Shown here piece by piece: positions 53,438 to 64,000 of a DNA stretch of 64,000 bases (its first letter is position 1; each line of letters opens with the position of its first letter). Origin of the DNA: Tubiluchus corallicola. Lineage: Eukaryota; Animalia; Priapulida. A program made the translations under genes and the position numbers. The stretch spans positions 1 through 64,000 of the forward strand of contig JAQGDQ010000420.1 in the NCBI GenBank assembly GCA_030141605.1. The letters run 5' to 3'. Under the pieces are notes generated by a model. It made no database searches. It saw nothing but the letters and a program-made list of their open reading frames with translations, and was not told the DNA's origin.

Positions 53438-54296
53438 TTAGCTAAGATAAGACTAATAGCGACTAAGGAATTCTACTACGCCACAAATGATTTTTGCGTA
53501 AGCGTATAATGCATATTTTTATAAAAAATACGATTGCTGTAAAATTCCGCGCACGTGATTATTATAAAAATTGCGATTAGTTTGGTGCAAGAAGTGCAAA
53601 TAAATCATTCCACCCTTTTCACTAGCTTTGACTTTTAAACCAACCTAGACGTAAATTAAAGCGCCACACTTCAACAAGTCCAAAACCTTTCATTTGATAT
53701 ATTACTAGGCTTAATATCGAAAGAAGGGATATTTTGCTATTCTGAAGAGAGGAGAGGACGAGAGAATGGACTGTGGTGACTGACGATAAAAACGAAAAGA
53801 AAGAAGACGAAGAGAATGGAGGATTTCTGCGAAAAGAAGGGCAGCAGATTGCGTTCAGCTGAGCTAAACCAGTTAAATTTAATGAAACGTCTGAAAATGT
53901 GTGTCCCAGATAGAATTGTGCACGAGTTAATCGGATAACCTTGTAAGAGCTTTGAAGACGTAAGACCAATTGCACACGTCAGTAAGAGACTTAGGTGAGC
54001 TTGGGAAACACTTCACTCACACCTGTGGCTTCACTTGAGTTTCTTAATAAACGCTGCAGCTTATGTCACCTTTGAGACAATCTAACTCAACTACTTGGTT
54101 TTATTGCTCAGGTTCCTTACAATTAGTGTCTTTAATGGCTTTTACCCATACGAACATCAGGTACTGTTATTTATTCATCGTCTTTTTATTACGCATAGAT
54201 ATTCTGCAGCTTCCCTTCGATCTAGCCAGCAGTAGAATAGGGACGAAAAGTCTCTGCATCACCTGAAAAAGTTTTACAAACAGTAAGCACAGTGGA

Positions 54297-54458
54297 TCAT
54301 CATCATCATCATACGCCCGTCACGTCTATAGTAGACAATGGGCAAGCAGAATTCTAAAATAAAAGAAATCTGCCTTCAGACAGGTAAACGCAGCAGTAAT
54401 CTAGCAGAAAAACTAGACACTGCTACGCCAGTGGCTTGTCAGCACCACTTCCGTTAAA
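54297..54458 (-). mobile_element. Short retroposon 3' fragment with (TGA)n tail and 12-bp TSD
   Basis: TSD AAGCACAGTGGA at 54285-54296 and 54459-54470. The minus strand ends GCCC-ATT-GTCTA-CTA-TAGAC-GTGAC-GGGC-GTA(TGA)n. Confidence 0.8.
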
Positions 54459-54769
54459 AAGCACAGTGGAGATTAGCCAGCTAAAGAGGAGCAACACCGG
54501 GAACCTCCAAAATATACGAATTAGTAAAACATTAGATAATATAAGCAAATATTAACGTTTTCCTAATAGTCCTGTGTTAGCAAAGCCTAATAAAAACATA
54601 TAAAACTGGCGTCTAGTCTATTGATCTAAAGATCTATTGACCAAATTTAAAGGAAAACAGAACCCAGTTTGAAACTACATTATATAATGTTTAAAATATT
54701 GAAACAGAACAAAATTGCTTTTTGAGAATGACTTACGTGAAAGAATTACTACGGAAGACTAATTTCGTG

Positions 54770-55100
54770 TTCGCGCCAGTTACGTACATTTCGCCATTTG
54801 CCAGTTACATGAACGCAGCCCTTGCACAAAAACAAGCGCTGTACGTCTCTGTTCAGTTGTGACGTAGTGCGCACGTTTGATAGCTTATTTGTTAATTCAG
54901 CGCAGAAATTAAAATTTAAATATCTGAACTTAAAATCTGCTGAGTTTTTTTCGTATTACACTAAATGTCGTACAGTAGTACTGTACTTCAATACTCGCAT
55001 TCGCAAACACGTGCAACACAATCGTGAAATGTTTGTGCTGTTGAAAATTATTTTCATATGTGACGTTATCAGTAGCTGGGCCCCCTGCAGTCAATTAAGG
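54770..55100. repeat. Dispersed repeat; inverted copy at ~58540-58900
   Basis: GTACAGTAGTACTGTACTT..CACGTG..AATGTTTGTGCTGTTGAAAATT matches the reverse complement of 58582-58665, and similarity extends on both sides. Confidence 0.8.
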
Positions 55101-56766
55101 CTTTAGCCTATTAATTATTTACCAGAAAAACTTTGGCTATACGATTAAAAGGTATAATTTTTAATTTATAATGCATAATTTAATGCTTAAGTTGCGTAGC
55201 AAATGAAAAATCATCCTGTTTTCCTTTAAAAAGCTATTGAAATAAACTGGAGCACTTTAAACAAAAAGGGCTAGGAAAATGTTGCTGTTAGAGAGCTTAT
55301 TCTCTTCATACACTTGCACTCTGTTGATACGCGCTTCCCTTTCTCCTCCAAGCAGCAAACTGACACCACGAAGACGTATCAAGCTTGTTTCCCCATCTCA
55401 AATTACTTATCAGCCTAACAGCTTGTATATGTCATTCTTAATTGTCTGGACACGTACAGATATAAAGTTTCAAATTCTACTCAGTTTGCTTTAGCGTTAT
55501 TGTATCAGATCACTGAAAGAACTTGACTAACTAAAGGTCATCACAGTTCATCTGGTCTTTCCTTTTGTTAAGAAAATTTACGCTTAGACAGAGTTGTTTA
55601 CACATGTAGCTACAAGAACAGTTAAGACATACAAGTTCTCTTCATCAAAAGCTGGATTTACATGTCTGTAAAATTAAACTTAATTAAGGAGTGTCAGGAA
55701 ATGATTGCCTCCCTGCACAAAAGAAACTGAAGGAAATACACATAAAAACCGATAAAACTACAAGAAAGAGGGTTTGATTTTGAATGAAGGACATAGATCT
55801 TAAAGGTTGCACAATAGGAATTGTGTCATGATTCATTTTTTTCCAAAAAAGTTAACAAAAAAGAATTAAATAAGAAATAATAATTAAAATATTGAATACA
55901 CATTTATATTTACTCGTGATTGTAAGGGCGGTATCACTTCGTGATATATTATAGCTAGAGAGTTGGTTTAACAGGATGATCACAGACAATTGTGGCAGAA
56001 CCACATGGAGTTGGAGTTGGAAAACAAAACGAGTTGAAAGCGATCTCGTGTAAACTTTTGAAGTTTAAATGGCAATTTCCCCGAAATGGGTACCCTGCCC
56101 TTTCTGATCTCTTAACAGCTGTTAAGAGTGACACAAGATGCAAAGAATCAATTAGTTTTTAATTATTAATTATTTCAATGTAGCAGGTTCAAGCGCAATA
56201 AATATGGGGTCTCAACTCTATACAGAAAACCTGCAAAATATCTTTGCTATACGTAATTTATTTGTTTCACTAACACATACTATTGCCGCGATTAAACATG
56301 AAGAAATATAGGCATATATACATTATGTAGACATATACAAGAGAGAAAACGTTGCTGCAGCCTATCAGCACGCGTCACGTTACAGACAGAGCCCTCAAAG
56401 GCTCATTCGTATTAAGTGACTTAATGACTAATTTTATTAAATCCTACAACAGAGACTTAAAATGAAACACCTATTGGCAGATCAGTAAATTAACCTTAAT
56501 GAGGAGGTCATCTAATTTAACCACGCTGCAATTTCGATATTAAACTATATAGTATTTAAATATCTAGTAACGCTACACAGAAAGCGATAAACGCCCACTG
56601 AAGGTTCTTAAGCGTTGTAATCTTCAATTATGCACTGATGTAAGAGTGTTATACAAATCTGAGATGCTTCCTGCTAGATTATTCTGCTTATACTTTATCC
56701 AGGGAATGATCCTGTTTTTTGCTGTTTTTATTCTTATCGTATTGATATACTGTTGCCAATCTACAT

Positions 56767-57068
56767 CGGAGGCGTACGAACCAGAGGCGTGGGGCTGCAG
56801 CCCTCCACCCCCAAACCCCCAGATTCGGCAAGCACATTTTTTTCGGGCAATCACCAAATGATGAAAAAAGTTAAATAACATTTTTCAGGAAATCTCGAAA
56901 CTTCTACATGCCGCCAAATGAAGTGCCCGAAATCCGTGCATGTTTTATCATGAGATAGGGTGAGGCAATTCCCGACTCGGGACTTTTTTCGGGTTGGCAC
57001 TGTATTTCTGGGTCAAAACTGGCTCAGCTCCCCTCCCCCCCCAGAAAAAACCGGTCCGCACGCGTTAG
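56767..57068. mobile_element. hAT-like MITE with 8-bp TSD
   Basis: TSD ATCTACAT at 56759-56766 and 57069-57076; imperfect TIRs GGCGTACGAACC / GGTCCGCACGCG. Confidence 0.8.
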
Positions 57069-58539
57069 ATCTACATTTAAGATGTCCAACTCCCTAAAAT
57101 CTTGCCTCTTATTTGCTCAATTTGTTGCTTATCAATGAACAGATTAATTGGTTCAGTTATATCTTCTTTCTAAATGGATATAAAAACTAAGTATTTTTCT
57201 TCCCTTTCTTTTTCACGAATTGCTACCAAAGTGCTTCTAAGTTTTAAAGAAATAATCAATGGAATAAGTACTTTCTTTCCGTCTATGTCTTACATCTACT
57301 AAGCATATATAGTTTTTATTTTATACATCTGTTTATTTCTCAGTTTATATAGGCTATATACAAGAGTTTATAATAGTATTTTGTTGTCATTACACTAAAT
57401 CCAAAAGCCAAAAAATGTCTTTAGTATTAATATGAAAAAGTCTGGAATATAATGTAATTCTCTGTTTGGTAAATATTCTGTGAAGTACATCAAGGAATCA
57501 CTGCGATTAGATTCATTGCAAAATACAATGTCTCTTGTTACAAGACGTCAAGTTAAGAATCACAAATCATGTACAAGGAAGCTTAGCAAATAAGTAATTC
57601 CATATCGTCACCAATAGAACTGTTACTCTGAAATCGAAGTCTAATAAGAATGAACAAAATCAACGACGTGACGTCGAACTCTTTTGATAAATTAGTTGGC
57701 TAATTAATCACCGATAATTGATAAACTGATACCTTTGTCAAATGATGATATAATTCGCTTATGTCAATACATCTTTATTACTTGCTATTACATTCAAATC
57801 TCAAATGCAAAAAGGGAGGATAGAATTTTCAACTTCTTAATAACACGAACATTTTCAGTTTGATAAATAAATGACGCACAATATCGACAAGCGTTTTATA
57901 TCATTGTTATAAAAAAAAATCAGCGTTCTTAGTGCACACTAAGGGTGATCTTTCAAGCAACGGAGACAGTTGCGTGAATGAAACTGTTTAAAAACGTTGA
58001 ATTTTAAAAAAATGTTACAAAATATGCGAATAAAATATCATAAAATGCATGCGTTTTGTCTGAAAAATCTATAAGCAAAATGCATAATAGACTACAGGCA
58101 CGATATTATGATTCAGAATTTAATAAAGTGCCATAAAATATGGGACTCTGAACAGGATCGTGAAGCGAGAATTTTATCAGCAAAGGTGAATGGACATTGA
58201 TTAAGCACAAAGTTATAAAACACTAATAAATAAAAGCTATTACAACTCTGAAAAATAAAACCGTGGTTAATTGAATCGATAAATGTTCACCGTGATAGAT
58301 AAGTATGCGCATCACTGATTACAATTTTTTTGGTCTTACAGCGAAATGGCAAGAAAGTAATTCTGCACCCAACAGGTGCAAATCGTGCCATTACTTAGTG
58401 AGAAGCTGCAGTAATGATAATAATCAAACCCGTCGAAAAATTTCGAATTTCTGTAATTTCTGAAGATAATGTGGCTAATCCAGGTAATCTGTGCACACAT
58501 TATACGTGGCGTCTCTGATAATGAAATAATAGGTTAAAA

Positions 58540-58900
58540 CATTAATTAACTGCAGACGAGCCCAACTAGTGATGACAACACAATTTTCAACAGCACAAAC
58601 ATTCCATGAGCATGTTACACGTGCTTGCGAAAGCGAAAATTAAAGTACAGTGCTACTGTACAACGTTCAGTATTATATACCAAAACTCGGCAAATTTTAA
58701 ATATAAAAATTTAGACTTCAAGTTTAGCGCTGTGCTCACGCATGAGGTCTTGAACGGGTACACTAGTGAATGCTAGTCACAATACCTCTGAACTAAGAGT
58801 TGCACCACCTGTTTTTCTGCAACGTGTTTCCGAATGAGGCACTGATGATGATGCCCATCTAATTAGCGAATGACGAAATGCATGTAACAACGAAGAACTA
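58540..58900. repeat. Inverted copy of the 54770-55100 repeat
   Basis: Diverged reverse-complement alignment seen by eye. Confidence 0.8.
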
Positions 58901-59193
58901 GCCGCAGAGCAAATTATTATTGAGAAAATAACATGTTCACTTTCAATATTTAATGGGTAGATGGTTTTGCGCTAAAATTTAAAATTGGGTCTGGTTTTCC
59001 TTTATGTTAATAAACGTTCACAGTATCTATTAAATATACCCAGCTGTTTTTGGATTAGGCCTACGCGAGCACTCTGTATTGCGCCTGAAGGAAAACTCTG
59101 AATATGAATAGCCAGGCCAAGCTAATATAATCACAGATTTTTTTGCTACGGTTTGCTACGGTTCTGTCAACCCCTGTGCTGAACAAAGATCTC

Positions 59194-59427
59194 CATTCAT
59201 TCATTCATTCATTCATTCATTCATTCATTCATTCATTCATTCATTCATTCATTCATTCAGTCAGTCAGTCAGTCAGTCAGTCAGTCAGTCAGTCAGTCAG
59301 TCAGTCAGTCAGTCAATCAGTCAGTCAGTCAGTCAGTCAGTCTGTCTGTCAGTCAGTCAGTCAGTCAGTCAGTCAGTCAGTCAGTCAGTCAGTCAGTCAG
59401 TCAGTCATTCATTTGTTCATTCATTCA
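59194..59427. repeat. (TTCA)n(GTCA)n compound microsatellite
   Basis: Direct inspection. Confidence 0.97.
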
Positions 59428-59760
59428 ACGTGCCTCTATACGCAGCAATCATTTTATGCTAAGGCTTTGCTAGAGTAAATCCGTTAGTAAAGGCAACATT
59501 ATTGTATAATAAGCAGAGCAAAATGGAAAACATCAAGCCTTCGCTTATAAACTGCTATGAATGTAGCTTTTGCAACATAGTAATCAAAAAGGTTAATAGT
59601 TTAAAAATTTGCTCTGATCAGTGAGATAGTCAGATCAGAGTAATGCTTAATCTTTGTCTCCATGTTTCACATATGCTCTTTTTGCCAATTATTAAACCTC
59701 CTATCCATTAAAGAAGTTCATGTTTAATACGACTGACAATGTTTTTCTTTGTTTTTCTAG

Positions 59761-61418
59761 GGAATCTTTTGGTTATTTTTGTCATCTTGCGCAACAGAAA
59801 AATGAGAACAGTGACGAACTACTTTTTAGCCAATCTAGCAATTGCTGATTTTTGTGTAGGAGTTTTCTGTATCTTACCGGTGATGTACTACCAGTTGTTC
59901 TACTACTGGCCGCTAGGGGACTTCATGTGTCGCGCTTACGTGTTCATCAGTGGTGCCTGCTACACAGCTTCTGTTCTGATTCTATTAAGTGTAACAGTGG
60001 AGAGATTTTTAGCTGTGAACTATCCCATGACTGTAAGACAGATTATAACAATGTTTAGACTGCGAGTCGCAACTGCCGTTATTTGGGGTGTAGCCATAGT
60101 CAACAACCTTCCCAAGACTCTGATATTCACCGACGTGGAGTACGATGGTTACCATTACTGCCTCATGTACAAAGACTTTAACATCAGGGCTTATGATACA
60201 GTTAACTTCGTTATCTGGTACATCATTCCGCTCTGCATTATAACTGGATTGTACACTAGGATAGGAATTACATTGTGGCAGGGTTGGTCATACGACAACC
60301 TCTGCTCGGCCTGCTGTTCTCCTATTGAGTTCCGTGCATGTTGCAGATGTAATTGTTGTAAGAGTATGCTCACGAAGAGGCTGAAGAAAAAGCAACAATA
60401 TTCAACAAAAGCAGAAACAGTTGGCGAAATTGAAATGAAACCGGTTGTCAGCCGCCCACAGCCTTATCGTTCAATAATGATGCAACAAAGATCACAAGAT
60501 GGAAGTGCATACCAGCCACAAGGTCTTTACTGTTGCTTGAATAGTGCTCAGTCTAACGATGGTGGAGATGCAGACCACGACTTGCAATGCAGCGCTACAA
60601 CGCTCGAAAACGTTACGGTAACTATCAGTTCAAAACTTGATGATACTGATGTCCAGGCTAACAGAAATCAAGTAGAAATTAATGATGATACACCTCAACA
60701 GTTATTAGAAAAGACAGAACTTGTTAATATCGAATATGACTTTCAGAGAAAGGAACCACGGGAACCCATTATCAAGTGGATAAAAAACTTGAATGAAACA
60801 GAAACAACGATAGCAAATGGTTCTGAAGAACAGTTTGGGAGAAATGTTAAAGAAGAAACCCCAGCAGACAACATCAATGCTGCGCAGGTTTTAGACAAAA
60901 CCACTACACGTTTCAGTGAGATGAGCTTCAACTCAAAGCTAGACATAAATAACAGTTTCAATTCGCCAACGTTCAAAAAAGGAACAAGGCCTGACAACGA
61001 CCAACCCCCGTCGCCGCACCTGGCGGCGAATGATCGAATTACTGATCCGAGTAATGTTGTTAAGGCTAAAAAGATGAAAGTCGTGCGACTGCTCATAGTG
61101 ATTATCCTTGCTTTTGCCATATGTGTTCTTCCATACCATGTATTTGTGCTACATATAATGCTGAGCGGAGACAGTGTCGATTTCGATCAGAACTATCGCT
61201 ACACGCTAATGCGACCTCTAGTGTTCCTCACCATGTATCTAAATAGTGCCCTAAATCCTATACTGTACGCCCTGATGTCAAAGAATTTCAGAAAAAGCAT
61301 GAAAGAGGCACTGCAGCCCACATTTCTGTGCAGGAAAACAATTGTTAAACCTGGTGCCTCAACCACGTTAGGAAGGATTACGCAACATAGCTCTCTAGTG
61401 TATAGCCAACCCGTATGA
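59761..61418 (+). CDS. TrissinR: Trissin-receptor-like class A neuropeptide GPCR, coding exon 2 (TM1 end to C-terminus)
   Basis: Acceptor gtttttctag at 59760. Motifs GNLLVI, TNYFLANLAIADFCVG, CYTAS..ERF, NFVIWYIIPL, CVLPYH, YLNSALNPILY and SKNFRKSMKE closely parallel recalled Drosophila TrissinR (LANLAFADFCVG, SYTAS, CNLPYH, SRNFRKGMKE). The rhodopsin-like call is firm; the subfamily call is less so. Confidence 0.9.
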
Positions 61419-61574
61419 AAATTCATGGGTTACGTGCTTAACACGAGTGGTACCCAAGAAAATACCGTGATAGACTTATAGAAGTGATAGTTTATAAGTA
61501 CTAGCTAAGTTAAATCACAGAACCAACGTTGAATCATGTTCAGCGACATTATATTTTTGATTACATTTTCTTTC

Positions 61575-61905
61575 TTTATTTATTTATTTTTATTTATTCA
61601 TTTCTTTATTTACTCATTCACTCAATCATTTACTTATTTGTTCGTTTACTTATTCATTCGTCTATTCACTAATACACTCATTCGTTCGTTTATTCCTCAT
61701 TCGTTCGTTCATTCATTCATTCGTTTGTTCATTCATTCATACATTCAATTTTTCATTCATTCCTTCATTCATTCGCTCGTTCGTTCATCCATTCATCATC
61801 CTTCCGTTCATTCATCATTTTCATTCATTCGTTCATCCATTTATACGTTCATTCATCCATTTATTTATTCATTCGCTCATCAATTCATTCATTTATCAAC
61901 TCATT
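61575..61905. repeat. Degenerate (TTCA/TTCG/TTTA)n in the putative GPCR 3' UTR
   Basis: Direct inspection. Confidence 0.85.
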
Positions 61906-62272
61906 GATTTCATCATATTAAAAGTGTTATTACTTTGTTGTTGTTGTTGTTTTTGGATTTAGCATCAGCTGGAATGAACAAATCTGATTTATCCTGAACA
62001 GCTGAAGCAGAAAGTAAGTTAGATTTAAGCTGTTATGTTTACTTTGCTATTTTTCAGCAAACGGTATTAACCTTTTCACATTTTAAGAGCATCGAGTTAA
62101 GAGACATCATGTCTAGGCAGTATCGTCTCAAATAATTTGAGGAAATAAACTGATTTGTGCAGCACAGAAGTCTGGTGTTGCTTAAAACAGTCTTGACTTG
62201 ATAAAGTGATAGATGAATTGTGTCCATCTGAATTGCAATTGTTGCAATAGTTGAGAAAAAGTCCTGCGACGG

Positions 62273-62287
62273 TAAAGAGTAAGAGTA

Positions 62288-62357
<70 letters not shown>

Positions 62358-63250
62358 GAGTGAGAGTGAGAGTAAGAGTAAAAATAGAGTAAGAGTGAGA
62401 GTGAGAGTAAGAGGAAGAGGAAGAGTGAGAGTGAGAGTAAGAGTAAAAATAGAGTAAGAGTGAGAGTGAGAGTAAGAGTAAGAGAGAGAGAGTGAGAGTA
62501 AAAGTAAGAGTAAAAATAGAGTAAGAGTGAGAGTGAGAGTAAGAGGAAGAGGAAGAGTGAGAATGAGAGTAAGAGTGAGAGTGAGAGTAAGAGAAAGAGG
62601 AAGAGTGAGAGTAAGAGTAAAAATAGAGTAAGAGTGAGAGTGAGAGTGAGAGTGAGAGTAAGAGTGAGAGTGAGAGTAAGAGTAAAAATAGAGTAAGAGT
62701 GAGAGTAAGAGGAAGAGTGAGAGTGAGAGTGAGAGTAAGAGTAAGAGTAAGAGTAAGAGTAAGAGTAAGAGTAAAAATAGAGTAAGAGTGAGAGTGAGAG
62801 GAGGAGGAAGAGTGAGAGTGAGAGTAAGAGGAAGAGTGAGAGTGAGAGTAAAAATAGAGTAAGAGTGAGAGTAAGAGTAAGAGTGAGAGTAAAAATAGAG
62901 TAAGAGTGAGAGTGAGAGTAAGAGTGAGAGTAAGAGTAAAAATAGAGTAAGAGTGAGAGTGAGAGTGAGAGTGAGAGTAAGAGTGAGAGTGAGAGTAAGA
63001 GTAAAAATAGAGTAAGAGTGAGAGTAAGAGGAAGAGTGAGAGTGAGAGTGAGAGTAAGAGTGAGAGTAAGAGTGAGAGTAAGAGTAAAAATAGAGTAAGA
63101 GTGAGAGTGAGAGGAGGAGGAAGAGTAAGAGTGAGAGTGAGCGTAAGAGTAAAAATAGAGTAAGAGTAAGAGTGAGAGTAAGAGTGAGAGTAAGAGGAAG
63201 AGTGACAGTGAGAGTGAAAGTGAGAGTGAGAGTAAAAATAGAGTAAGAGT
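62273..63250. repeat. ~1-kb purine-rich (GAGAGT/AAGAGT)n hexamer satellite punctuated by AAAAATAGAGT
   Basis: Direct inspection. Confidence 0.96.
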
Positions 63251-64000
63251 AATATACAGACTTTTATAAAATTTAGGCAGAGGAGGAAGGGAATCAGTGT
63301 GAGCTAACAGTGAAATTAGCTCAACGGTTCATGTATTTTACGCTGCAAAGGTCTTAAAACTAAGCTGCAAAATAATTAACATTTTAACTGCAAAATGCAT
63401 AATATTTTGCCACAGCAATGCTTTCCTGCCTACTCAATGTACACTTGCCGCATAGTCTGGCAGTGATGTGTTAAAGCCTATAGCGGGCTGACAGGTACCG
63501 GCGTGTGCCGCTATTTGAAATATTGAAAGCCTTTATGAAGTTCGAAAAAATTTCATGAATGTGTGGACGTTTTTGTCGCGCTAGATTAAAATTAAAACAC
63601 GATACGTGGATTATGAACTTTGCACCCCAGGGCTGCACCAATGACCCCCAACATCAGCAGTCTATACGTCACCTTAGTAGGGAAAATCATCAAAACCGTT
63701 CATTCATTTGAGATGCTTCTGATCAAAAACTGTGCAGTGTGAAAAAAACAATTAAATTTGTAAACCCTTTTATTACCCTTAATAATCGCCATTTCATCGT
63801 GTTATATATTTTCTTGGTTGCCTGATTAGAATTTTTCTGGAAGTAAAGTTTTGTACAAAATCATTGTCCAAATATGATTGACATGTTCGTAACCAATATG
63901 TGTTTATTTGTGTCATTAATTCATAATCTTGAAATAAAAATTAGCTATTATACTGTCCATTACGCTAAATATCGTGATCAAATATTTTATGTAATCACAT

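Noticed and set aside
60743-61426. Antisense ORFs overlapping the GPCR
   Set aside because: Shadow ORFs of a long coding exon with no independent support.

Overview
AT-rich, intron-containing animal genomic DNA, probably from an invertebrate; it is not prokaryotic and has no CRISPR arrays or operons. Three protein-coding loci are supported. (1) The first coding exon of an unidentified minus-strand gene (4518-5163). (2) A complete six-coding-exon ANKRD16 ortholog on the minus strand (33195-40019, 375 aa, all intron phases consistent). (3) A two-coding-exon class A neuropeptide GPCR resembling the trissin receptor on the plus strand (52717-52945 joined to 59761-61418, 628 aa). The rest is long microsatellites, minisatellites, MITEs (hAT, pogo/Tc1-mariner, Harbinger, foldback-like), SINE/LINE remnants and a ~0.7-kb-arm inverted duplication. 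The most striking feature is a ~420-bp, TSD-flanked, internally deleted RTE retroelement (14374-14797). Its 5' end is a twister self-cleaving ribozyme core with compensatory P2 pairing, and the host target site supplies the cleavage-site U. Most ORFs in the supplied track are microsatellite or random artefacts. All alignments and family assignments were made by eye or from memory; no searches were run.
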